Sequence record: PP408249.1
DNA: 64,000 nucleotides
Strand: one strand, 5' to 3'
Part shown: in pieces, positions 27,747 to 35,804 of the stretch
How positions within the stretch are numbered: position 1 is the first letter of the stretch
Layout: each line of letters starts with the position of its first letter
The notes under the pieces: model-generated
What the model saw: only the letters and a program-made list of their open reading frames with translations
Told to the model about the DNA's origin: nothing
Databases searched by the model: none
Program-made: the position numbers and the translations under genes

Positions 27747-28111
27747 AATACTTGGCTGTAGTTGGCAGTAGAGGGTACATAGATTCTGACTTTATATTCT
27801 TGGTATTGGATGCACTTTTTACAGAATATATGTACGAAGGTATAGTATCGGGCGGATGTAAAAATAGTCCCGATGAAATAGCTGCTATATACGCAAACTT
27901 AAATAATATACCATTACTAGAAATAAAACCAGACTGGAAACAATACGGTAAATCTGCAGGTTTCAAAAGAAATGTAGAAATATGGGATAACGCACATTCT
28001 GGTGTTGCATTCTGGGATGGAGTCAGTAAAGGAACAAAACACAGCTTCTATATAGCTAAAAGTCAAAATAAAGATATAATAATTTTTAAAGGAAAGGAGT
28101 TGTATGAATGA
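27743..28111 (+). CDS. SLOG superfamily (YspA/DUF2493-like) protein
   Basis: VVGSRGY, IVSGG, PDWKQYGKSAGFKRN, FWDGVSKGT. Confidence 0.8.
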   Translation: MKYLAVVGSRGYIDSDFIFLVLDALFTEYMYEGIVSGGCKNSPDEIAAIYANLNNIPLLEIKPDWKQYGKSAGFKRNVEIWDNAHSGVAFWDGVSKGTKHSFYIAKSQNKDIIIFKGKELYE

Positions 28112-28424
28112 TAGTTTTATGTTCTATGGCCAAATAATTAATTTTGTTGTTTTTGCCATAGTGGTTATTGTATCGTTTATTAAGATGATTTATATTATAG
28201 CTGACGATGAAACTGAAGACACTTTATCTGAAAAAATAAACAAACATCTGTTCGATTGGTTTTGGCTAGCAATAGGACAATTTTTATTCTGTTTTATTCC
28301 GTTATTATATACTGCATTCTGGGCAATTATTGTATTACAACACGTATTGGTTTTTATAACAAAACAAATAATAAATTCGAACTATATTCAAAAATACAGA
28401 ACATTTAACAAGCTTAAAAAATAA
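28104..28424 (+). CDS. membrane protein
   Basis: Two or three hydrophobic segments. Confidence 0.6.
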   Translation: MNDSFMFYGQIINFVVFAIVVIVSFIKMIYIIADDETEDTLSEKINKHLFDWFWLAIGQFLFCFIPLLYTAFWAIIVLQHVLVFITKQIINSNYIQKYRTFNKLKK

Positions 28425-29320
28425 TGAATAATTACGATCCGCAATATTTAAACATAATTAAAACTATTTTAGATACAGGTATAGATAGGGATGATAGGAC
28501 CGGAATAGGATCCAGGGCCATTTGGGGTGCAAATATGCACATAAACTTAACGGAAGGATTTCCTATTCAAACTTCACGACGTGCATCATTGAGAATTGCG
28601 TTTGAAGAACTTATGTGGATGCTAAGAGGGCAAGTAGATTCTACAATTTTAAAAAATAAAAACATTAACATCTGGGAAGGAAATACTACTAGAGAATTTT
28701 TAGATAGTAGAAAATTAAATTATTTGCCAGTAGGCCATATCGGTAAAGGATATGGATTCCAGATGAGAAATTTTGGAGGTCATTATTCTACTGTAAACGG
28801 AATCACAGATTACAGTAAACTTGACAATACTGGCATAGATCAGATAAAAAATTTAATAGAATCTTTAACTAAGGATCCACACTCTAGAAGACACATTGTT
28901 TTACACTGGAATCCTACCCAATTAGATGATGCTGCCTTACCTAGTTGTCATTTATATCATCAGTATCAAATTCTTGATGGAAAATTAAATAGTAGTTTTG
29001 TTGCAAGAAGTCAAGATATATGCTTCGGTACACCCACTAATATAATGTTTTATTCTCTATTAAATCATTTTATAGCAAATGTACTCGGAATAGAACCGGG
29101 AATATTATACTATTCTGGAATGGATGTCCATATTTACAACAACCAAATGGACATGGCAAAAGAATTAATAACCAGGACCTGGCATGACTTACCTAAACTT
29201 ATAATTAAAAAGGATTTAAAGACTTTAGATGATATATTGTCACTTGAATTCGAAGATATAGAACTAGAAAATTACAAATGTAATCCAGATGTTTCTAATA
29301 AACCTAGGATGGCTATATAA
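28424..29320 (+). CDS. thyA: thymidylate synthase
   Basis: DRTGIG, EL.W.LRG, PHSRR, ALPSCH, RSQD..G.P.N (dUMP-specifying Asn), HIY. Confidence 0.92.
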   Translation: MNNYDPQYLNIIKTILDTGIDRDDRTGIGSRAIWGANMHINLTEGFPIQTSRRASLRIAFEELMWMLRGQVDSTILKNKNINIWEGNTTREFLDSRKLNYLPVGHIGKGYGFQMRNFGGHYSTVNGITDYSKLDNTGIDQIKNLIESLTKDPHSRRHIVLHWNPTQLDDAALPSCHLYHQYQILDGKLNSSFVARSQDICFGTPTNIMFYSLLNHFIANVLGIEPGILYYSGMDVHIYNNQMDMAKELITRTWHDLPKLIIKKDLKTLDDILSLEFEDIELENYKCNPDVSNKPRMAI

Positions 29321-29631
29321 TGAAAACTCCGATCAATGTAACATACGATATAGTTGATGTAGTGGAAACTTTAAAAAAAGTAGAGCAATTATTATCTACG
29401 CCAGATATTATAGACATTTTAGAAAAAGAAAATATAATGGATAAATTAAAAGGCGAAGATCATGTATATACATCTGAGTCTTTGCTAAGTATGCTAACTA
29501 CTATGTGTGCTCGCATAAATGAAATTCAAACAGATGTATCATTGATAAAAAATACAGTTAATTCTATTAAAGATGCAATTGTATCAATGCCTAAAACAAC
29601 CCCGTTGCCTCATATTCCGCATTTATTTTAA
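29320..29631 (+). CDS. hypothetical protein
   Basis: 103 aa, stop/start overlap. Confidence 0.6.
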   Translation: MKTPINVTYDIVDVVETLKKVEQLLSTPDIIDILEKENIMDKLKGEDHVYTSESLLSMLTTMCARINEIQTDVSLIKNTVNSIKDAIVSMPKTTPLPHIPHLF

Positions 29632-29680
29632 CTATGTAGTTAATGTTGTTAAAACGTATCTAAATATCTTTGTCATTAGG

Positions 29681-29709
29681 TTGACACGGAAGAAAACGTA
29701 TAGTATACT
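29681..29709 (+). promoter_or_regulatory. sigma70 promoter for folE-queD-clpX-rpsU operon
   Basis: TTGACA-17-TATACT. Confidence 0.8.
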
Positions 29710-29722
29710 ATACAAATAATTA

Positions 29723-29749
29723 AAGCAAAGTGCAGGCGGCACTTTGCTT
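29723..29749 (+). other. 5' leader stem-loop of folE
   Basis: AAGCAAAGTGC-AGGCG-GCACTTTGCTT, no U tract. Confidence 0.6.
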
Positions 29750-29779
29750 ATCAAACTAAAATGATTTCAGGAGGAAATC

Positions 29780-30469
29780 GTGTCGTTAAACAAAACTAAA
29801 ACTGATGCCGAACTAGGCAAAAAAGTACAGCAATATTTAATCCAACAAGGAGTAGAAACTCCTATGCAAGAGCAAACTCTAAACGTTAAAGAGCGGATAG
29901 ATAAAATTGAATCTCATTTTGTTGAAATTATGAATGCACTTGCGTTGGATCTTTCCGACGATAGTCTTGCAGAAACGCCTCGCCGAGTAGCAAAAATGTA
30001 TGTATCTGAGATATTTTACGGGTTGGATTATGAGGCATTTCCTAAATGCACCACTATTGAAAATAAATTTAATGCAAATGAAATGGTCTTAGTAAAAGAT
30101 ATAGATTTATATTCTCAGTGTGAACATCATATTTTACCAATAATTTCTGGATCATCTTCCGGCCGGGGTGGAATATCAGTTGCTTATATTCCTAAAAATA
30201 AAGTAATAGGTCTCTCTAAATTAAATAGAGTGGCAGAATTTTTCTGCAAGCGACCTCAAGTTCAAGAACGACTCACATTGCAAATATTTCATGCATTACG
30301 GTATATTCTGGAAACAGACGATGTTGCTGTTTTAATTAACGGAAGGCATCTGTGTGTGGAATCTAGGGGCGTAGAAGATACAAGTTCGAGTACGATAACT
30401 TCTAAATTAAGTGGTGCATTTAGCAACGATCCTGCCACCCGTGCAGAATTTATGTCTCTTGTAAAATAA
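29780..30469 (+). CDS. folE: GTP cyclohydrolase I
   Basis: ETPRRVAKMY, SQCEHH, GLSKLNR, RPQVQERLT, HLCVESRG; GGAGG SD and GTG start. Confidence 0.95.
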   Translation: MSLNKTKTDAELGKKVQQYLIQQGVETPMQEQTLNVKERIDKIESHFVEIMNALALDLSDDSLAETPRRVAKMYVSEIFYGLDYEAFPKCTTIENKFNANEMVLVKDIDLYSQCEHHILPIISGSSSGRGGISVAYIPKNKVIGLSKLNRVAEFFCKRPQVQERLTLQIFHALRYILETDDVAVLINGRHLCVESRGVEDTSSSTITSKLSGAFSNDPATRAEFMSLVK

Positions 30470-30473
30470 CAAA

Positions 30474-30506
30474 AACTACTATGGATAGGACCTATCCATA
30501 GTAGTT
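30474..30506. repeat. 16-bp inverted repeat with 1-nt spacer
   Basis: AACTACTATGGATAGG-A-CCTATCCATAGTAGTT. Confidence 0.85.
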
Positions 30507-30536
30507 ACACATAGCATATTAATAAGGAATATAAAA

Positions 30537-31055
30537 TTGTGGCAGATTAATAAAAGTTTCAGTTTTGCATATGCTCACAGAGTCCATAATCAACACTTAG
30601 ATGCAGATTTAGTTGAAGACACCAAATGCAAATGCAGGCATTTACACGGACATACAGGTAAAGTAGTTATTCATTTAACTGGAACTTCTTTAGTAAACGG
30701 TATGGTAACTGATTTTAAGCATTTAGGTTTTCTTAAAAAATTTATAGATGACGTAATCGACCATAAGTTTATTATAGATGCAAACGATCCTAATTTTAGT
30801 AAGATAACCAATGCATCTAAATATTCTACTATAAGTTTTGAGCACTATGGAATATTCGATACATCTGAAGAGACAGTAGAACACGAAAAGGAACATGCAG
30901 ATAGTTTTGTAATAGTAGATTTTGTTCCTACTGCAGAAAATTTAGCTAAATGGATTTGGGAATATGCTGAAAGCATTTTAGAACAAAAAGGTATAACTGT
31001 TTCTAAAGTAGAATGGTGGGAAACTGATAAAGCTTGTGCAACATATATTGCATAA
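30537..31055 (+). CDS. queD: 6-carboxytetrahydropterin synthase
   Basis: FAYAHR, CRHLHGH, GMVTDF, IDHK, PTAENLA, WET. Confidence 0.9.
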   Translation: MWQINKSFSFAYAHRVHNQHLDADLVEDTKCKCRHLHGHTGKVVIHLTGTSLVNGMVTDFKHLGFLKKFIDDVIDHKFIIDANDPNFSKITNASKYSTISFEHYGIFDTSEETVEHEKEHADSFVIVDFVPTAENLAKWIWEYAESILEQKGITVSKVEWWETDKACATYIA

Positions 31056-31072
31056 TATAAAGGTAGATATAA

Positions 31073-32299
31073 ATGTCGAAAGAAACATGCTCTTATTGCA
31101 ATAAAGGCAAAGATGATGTGTCTAAGTTGTTTCGTAGCCCTGCTAAATATGGATCAAATGTATATATATGTGACCAGTGTGTAACTCAGTGCAACAATTT
31201 TTTAGAAACTGCCGAAACAAATGATCAGGAATCTAATAAATTAGAAATAAAATACACACCTGAAGAATTAAAGGAATTGCTAGATAAAGACATTGTAGGG
31301 CAAGATCACGCAAAAGAATTACTAAGTCTAGCGGTGTATAATCACTATAAACGGGTAAACTATAACACCACTGAACACGATGTAGAGTTATCTAAATCTA
31401 ACATAATGCTACTGGGACCCTCAGGTAGCGGTAAGACATTTTTAATATCTAGTATATCTAAATTGTTAAACATACCTTTTGTTTCTGTAGATTCTACTTC
31501 GCTAACAGAGGCAGGATATGTCGGCGATCATGTAGAGACTATATTTACTAGATTAATCGCAGAAGCAAATGGTGACATAGAACTAGCGCAACGTGGAATC
31601 GTATTTATAGATGAAATAGATAAGAAGCGTTCTAAAAAAGGAACAAATTCTGCAGGATCTGATGTTTCCGGCGAAGGCGTCCAACAGTCTTTACTTCGGG
31701 TGCTAGAAGGAACAACGATTAAATTAGAACTAAATTCTAACAGTATGTTTAGTCCTAGACAGGAAATTATGTTTGACACAACTAACGTTTTGTTTATAGT
31801 TGGCGGCGCATTTATAGGATTAGATGCAGTAATAAATAAAAGACTTAGTTCTACTAAATCTCAAATGGGATTTGGTTCCGAAGCTGGTAAACCCATAGAA
31901 GGTAGTTTATTCTATGTAGAACCGGAAGATTTGTATACATACGGTTTTATAAGAGAATTTGTAGGAAGATTTCCTGTTCTTATTGCGTTTCATGATGTAA
32001 CAGAGACTATGCTTCGTCGAATTCTAGTAGAGCCTAAAAGTTCTATACTTAAACAATATCAAACTATGTTTAAATTAGATAACATTGAATTAGAATTCGA
32101 TGAAGATTTTATAAAATCTGTTGCTACTACAGCGTTTAATAGGAAAACAGGCGCTCGTGGTTTAAGAACTATTTTAGAAAAAGAACTATCTAGTATAGCA
32201 TATAGATTGCCTTCTATAAGACGAGAAGGGTTTAGCAAGATTATTATACACGAACTAGGAAAACATAATTTCATAAAAGGGCAAAATGAAGACATTTAA
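31073..32299 (+). CDS. clpX: ClpX AAA+ unfoldase
   Basis: CSYC...CDQC zinc-binding domain, GPSGSGKT, GYVG, DEIDK, DVSGEGVQQSLL, MGF loop, GARGLR. Confidence 0.95.
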   Translation: MSKETCSYCNKGKDDVSKLFRSPAKYGSNVYICDQCVTQCNNFLETAETNDQESNKLEIKYTPEELKELLDKDIVGQDHAKELLSLAVYNHYKRVNYNTTEHDVELSKSNIMLLGPSGSGKTFLISSISKLLNIPFVSVDSTSLTEAGYVGDHVETIFTRLIAEANGDIELAQRGIVFIDEIDKKRSKKGTNSAGSDVSGEGVQQSLLRVLEGTTIKLELNSNSMFSPRQEIMFDTTNVLFIVGGAFIGLDAVINKRLSSTKSQMGFGSEAGKPIEGSLFYVEPEDLYTYGFIREFVGRFPVLIAFHDVTETMLRRILVEPKSSILKQYQTMFKLDNIELEFDEDFIKSVATTAFNRKTGARGLRTILEKELSSIAYRLPSIRREGFSKIIIHELGKHNFIKGQNEDI

Positions 32300-32492
32300 T
32301 ATAATTACTGGTCTTACTGTAGAAGTAAGACACGATAACTTTAACCAAGCACTTAGAACTTTTACTAAAAAGGTTCAAAATTCAGGAAAATTAAAAGAAG
32401 TTCGAGAACGCGAATTCTATGAAAAGCCTTCTGTAAAAAAGACAAAAGCTAAAAAAGCAGCAATTCAACGCCAGAAAAAGAAAAAAATATAA
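32286..32492 (+). CDS. rpsU: ribosomal protein bS21
   Basis: VEVRHDNFNQALRTFTKKV...EVREREFYEKPSVKK..KKAA..R. Confidence 0.92.
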   Translation: MKTFNIITGLTVEVRHDNFNQALRTFTKKVQNSGKLKEVREREFYEKPSVKKTKAKKAAIQRQKKKKI

Positions 32493-32494
32493 TA

Positions 32495-32830
32495 ATGGAT
32501 CTTTGCAGGATTTTAAATAATGAACTTATGTTTTGCAGAAATCGTAGGAATAAACTCTATTATAGCTTACGGCAATTGGATAAAGTTGACATCCCTGCAG
32601 ATCCTGCAGATTCTTTACTTATTTCCAGCATAAAAATGGATATAGAACAGCTCCAATCGTATAAAGATGCTATATCCGAATGCAGTAAACTTGAACAACG
32701 TATAATCTGTATAGATAAAACTATGCAGTATATCCGTCGGTATTGCAATCATAAGTTTGTGTATCACAATACTAATTATCATACAAATACAGATGCAGAA
32801 AAATGCATTTATTGCGGATTAATAATTTAA
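32495..32830 (+). CDS. hypothetical protein
   Basis: 111 aa, C-terminal CxH...CxxC. Confidence 0.55.
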   Translation: MDLCRILNNELMFCRNRRNKLYYSLRQLDKVDIPADPADSLLISSIKMDIEQLQSYKDAISECSKLEQRIICIDKTMQYIRRYCNHKFVYHNTNYHTNTDAEKCIYCGLII

Positions 32831-32831
32831 T

Positions 32832-33302
32832 ATGGCATATTTTTCAACTAAGAGATTTGGACCTATTTCCACTGGCCATCGTCAATGGAAAGATACGGGT
32901 CATTGCAGTAGAATACACGGCTATGGAAGAACAGTGAAGATTGTTTTTTCTGCTACTACATTAGATGATAAAATGTGGGTAGTAGATTTTGGTGGATTGA
33001 AAGATTTTAGGAAATGGTTGGAAGAACAATGGGATCATAATGTTTTAGTTGCATCTGATGATCCCAAGTTAAATATCCTTAAACAAATGGAACAAGAAGG
33101 TCTAGTTAAGTTAAATATAATGGATGTTAAAAAAGGTCATGGTCCCGGAATAGAAGGTTCATGTAAGCATCTGTTTGACTATTTAAATCCCATTATAGAA
33201 AAACATTCTGGCGGAAGATGTTGGGTCCATAGTATAGAAATATGGGAACACGAAAACAATTCTGCTATATATGAAACGTATAAGTCAACATTTAAAAGAT
33301 AA
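32832..33302 (+). CDS. second QueD/PTPS-like T-fold protein (HGY type)
   Basis: GHRQW...CSRIHGY, WVVDFGGLK, WDHNVLV, EHENNSA. Confidence 0.8.
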   Translation: MAYFSTKRFGPISTGHRQWKDTGHCSRIHGYGRTVKIVFSATTLDDKMWVVDFGGLKDFRKWLEEQWDHNVLVASDDPKLNILKQMEQEGLVKLNIMDVKKGHGPGIEGSCKHLFDYLNPIIEKHSGGRCWVHSIEIWEHENNSAIYETYKSTFKR

Positions 33303-33385
33303 ATAACATTAGTATTCCACGAGGAATACTATACAACGAGTGCCATATTGGGCTCACACTATATCTTGCGTAAAGGAGATTAAAA
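33298..33385 (+). promoter_or_regulatory. late promoter plus structured 5' UTR (ROSE-like thermometer candidate) of hsp20
   Basis: GATAAATA 33298; hairpin 33310-33331; weak hairpin 33338-33355; ATCTTGC...AGGAGAT pairing over the SD. Confidence 0.45.
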
Positions 33386-33817
33386 ATGCAAAAACATGTT
33401 ATAATGTCATCTAACCTAGCTAATTATAGATATGCACTAGGTGCAACTGATTTACTTAATACTATTACTAATGAACTTAGTAGCCAGAAGTTTCCTCCCC
33501 ATAATTTGATAAAGAATGCAGACGGTAGCTATTGTCTTGAATTAGCTCTTGCCGGTTATGATAAATCCGAGCTAGATGTTTATGTAGATAGCAGAGAACG
33601 ACTGTTAGTAATAGAAACAAAACCGGAACGAATTTTTAAAACTGAAGTAGAATACGAACACAAAGGTATTTCTAGTAAAGATTTTTCTGTCAAATTCAGG
33701 CTTGTAGACGATCTTATAAATATATCTTCGTGCGGTATGAAAAATGGCATTCTAACAATAAAAATTCAACCGCCAAGTCCCGCAGAATCACAACGAAAAG
33801 TAATTGATATAGAATAA
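33386..33817 (+). CDS. small heat shock protein (Hsp20/IbpA-like)
   Basis: FPPHNL, LELALAGY, EHKGIS, NGILTI. Confidence 0.9.
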   Translation: MQKHVIMSSNLANYRYALGATDLLNTITNELSSQKFPPHNLIKNADGSYCLELALAGYDKSELDVYVDSRERLLVIETKPERIFKTEVEYEHKGISSKDFSVKFRLVDDLINISSCGMKNGILTIKIQPPSPAESQRKVIDIE

Positions 33818-33824
33818 TGTTTAC

Positions 33825-33856
33825 AAATAAAAAGCTGGTATTCCAGCTTTTTATTT
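33825..33856 (+). terminator. bidirectional intrinsic terminator
   Basis: AAATAAAAAGCTGG-TATT-CCAGCTTTTTATTT. Confidence 0.8.
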
Positions 33857-33867
33857 TGCTATATAAC

Positions 33868-33895
33868 TTGACGACACTGTTTAAACATATATAAT
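33868..33895 (+). promoter_or_regulatory. sigma70-like promoter for clpS
   Basis: TTGACG-16-TATAAT. Confidence 0.6.
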
Positions 33896-33931
33896 AATGT
33901 GTATCAATTACGATCAACTTGGGATTTAAAA

Positions 33932-34234
33932 ATGACTGTAAAGGTAGCTAATAAAGTTGAAACTTCGTCTACTGTATTTCAACCTAAGAAATATAATGTA
34001 GTTTTCCACAACGATAACAAAACCACTATGGAATTTGTTATGCAATTGTTAGTGTATATATATGACTACGATGCATCTAGCGCATACAATACAATGATGG
34101 AAGTGCATGAACGCGGCGCAAAGATTGTAGGCAGCTATACAAAAGAAATTGCAGAATCGAAACAGTCTAAATCTGTTCAACTTGCTATTAACAACGGTTA
34201 TCCCGATTTTAAAGTAACTGTAGAAGAATCGTAA
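33932..34234 (+). CDS. clpS: ClpS N-degron adaptor
   Basis: YNVVFHNDNKTTMEFV, EVHERG, YTKEIAE; ATG 33932. Confidence 0.92.
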   Translation: MTVKVANKVETSSTVFQPKKYNVVFHNDNKTTMEFVMQLLVYIYDYDASSAYNTMMEVHERGAKIVGSYTKEIAESKQSKSVQLAINNGYPDFKVTVEES

Positions 34235-34246
34235 TACAGCAAAAAC

Positions 34247-34266
34247 GGGGGTAGACACCTACCCCC
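34247..34266. terminator. GC-rich hairpin (U tract on the minus strand)
   Basis: GGGGGTAG-ACAC-CTACCCCC preceded by AAAAAC. Confidence 0.5.
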
Positions 34267-34308
34267 TTCCCTATTATAATAAATAAAGCATATAGGGATA
34301 TAAGAATT

Positions 34309-34857
34309 ATGAATGATTCCATAAAGAAATACATATCTATTGCAGAAGCTGCATCGTCCGTAAAGAAAATTCCTATCCCGTATTCCGTAAGTAGTCTTAG
34401 TCCTACTTTCTCTAAAGATTTAGTAGAACTACATTACGGAACATTATATTCTAATTACATATCTTCAGTAAACAAAGACCCCAGTAATAAATTTTCATTT
34501 GCAGGTGCATACTTGCACGGGATTTATTTTAGTCAATTTACTGATTCTCAAAAAAGATATTCTCCTTCCGGGATATTGTTAAAAGATATAAAATCTAAAT
34601 TTACTTCATTTTCTAAATTTAAAAATGAGGTTATATCTGCATGCATGGATGTTCATGGTTCTGGATGGATTTATGTTTCTAATACCCTTGTAATAAAGGA
34701 AATCCCAAATCATGAAGTAAGAGACGATATATTCTTACTTATTGATTGTTGGGAGCATGCATATATGCTCGATTATAAAGCAGACAAGAAGTCATACTAC
34801 GAGAATATATGGAATATATTTAATTGGGAATATCTGGAGGGTATGTATTCTCAATAA
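34309..34857 (+). CDS. Fe/Mn superoxide dismutase-like protein
   Basis: PYS..SLSP, LHY, LHGIYF, HGSGW, DCWEHAY (four metal ligands present). Confidence 0.85.
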   Translation: MNDSIKKYISIAEAASSVKKIPIPYSVSSLSPTFSKDLVELHYGTLYSNYISSVNKDPSNKFSFAGAYLHGIYFSQFTDSQKRYSPSGILLKDIKSKFTSFSKFKNEVISACMDVHGSGWIYVSNTLVIKEIPNHEVRDDIFLLIDCWEHAYMLDYKADKKSYYENIWNIFNWEYLEGMYSQ

Positions 34858-34876
34858 ATAACTTCGGTGAATACTT

Positions 34877-35161
34877 ATGAGAACTAAAAAGCATTGGGAT
34901 GAATGCCTCTTTTCTTTATCTTATGAAACTGCACAACACATGGCATTTGAATTAAAGGAATTTGCCAAGCAAGCAGGATTTAATCCAAACGGTATTAAAG
35001 TATTGTCGAAAAAACAAATTCATAAATATGTAAAAGCTGATGCAGCTATTATGTGGGGCGAAGGTCCAGAGTGTTGGGCTAATTCGTTATTGTTTAAAGA
35101 TTTATTAGGAGTATACGTATCTACCTATAAGGGTAACACAATTCTATTTCATGACAGGTAA
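34877..35161 (+). CDS. hypothetical protein
   Basis: 94 aa; AATAAATA at 34853. Confidence 0.6.
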   Translation: MRTKKHWDECLFSLSYETAQHMAFELKEFAKQAGFNPNGIKVLSKKQIHKYVKADAAIMWGEGPECWANSLLFKDLLGVYVSTYKGNTILFHDR

Positions 35162-35170
35162 TGCAAATAA

Positions 35171-35464
35171 ATGATAGATATACACACTATTGGAAAAGAT
35201 TACACAGTAATCAATAAAAGAAATGGTGTATCTGTAACAGTTAGTGTGGTATTTTATAAAGATATTTTACGCAATATAAAACCATATTCTATAACTCAAC
35301 CTATAGACCAATATGTAATTTATGTTTGTGAACAAATTAAACCAACTAAACCATATCACTGGCATACTAATTATTCGGAAACTATTAACTTAGAACATTT
35401 AATAAAAGAAACATTACAAAATAATAAACAATTATTAATAATACAAGATTTATATACAGACTGA
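35171..35464 (+). CDS. hypothetical protein
   Basis: 97 aa ORF. Confidence 0.5.
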   Translation: MIDIHTIGKDYTVINKRNGVSVTVSVVFYKDILRNIKPYSITQPIDQYVIYVCEQIKPTKPYHWHTNYSETINLEHLIKETLQNNKQLLIIQDLYTD

Positions 35465-35531
35465 TATGGATAGCTTTTGCAACAAGAAGCTTGAAGATCG
35501 ACACAAACGCATGACGTAATAAGGATTATAA

Positions 35532-35759
35532 ATGAAAACATTTGATTTTACTTTTGGAGTATATAGAGCTAAACAGTGTGAATGGAAAGGAAATTCTAAA
35601 ACACAATGCGGAGCAAAACCTATAGAAGGAAAAGCATATTGTTTAGAACACTTTAAAAAGGCATATGTTAATATTTCTGAAGAAATGTTAGATAAACAAA
35701 CAGAAGCACAGTTAAAGAAATTAGAAAAAGAAATGCCTGTGGTAATCGAAGAAGAGTAA
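35532..35759 (+). CDS. small zinc-binding protein
   Basis: CEW...CGA...YCLEH; AAGGA SD. Confidence 0.6.
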   Translation: MKTFDFTFGVYRAKQCEWKGNSKTQCGAKPIEGKAYCLEHFKKAYVNISEEMLDKQTEAQLKKLEKEMPVVIEEE

Positions 35760-35790
35760 AAACAATCCCCGCAATTGCGGGGATTGTTTT
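35759..35790. terminator. perfect 32-bp palindrome / bidirectional terminator
   Basis: AAAACAATCCCCGCAA|TTGCGGGGATTGTTTT. Confidence 0.8.
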
Positions 35791-35804
35791 ATAAGGAGAT
35801 AAAA

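Noticed and set aside
28424-29320. dCMP hydroxymethylase or other base-modifying ThyA homolog
   Set aside because: Asn is retained at the dUMP-specificity position (GTPTN); Asp would indicate dCMP use
30470-30536. preQ1 riboswitch upstream of queD
   Set aside because: No P1 stem with 3' A-rich tail of the preQ1-I type recognised; only a palindrome
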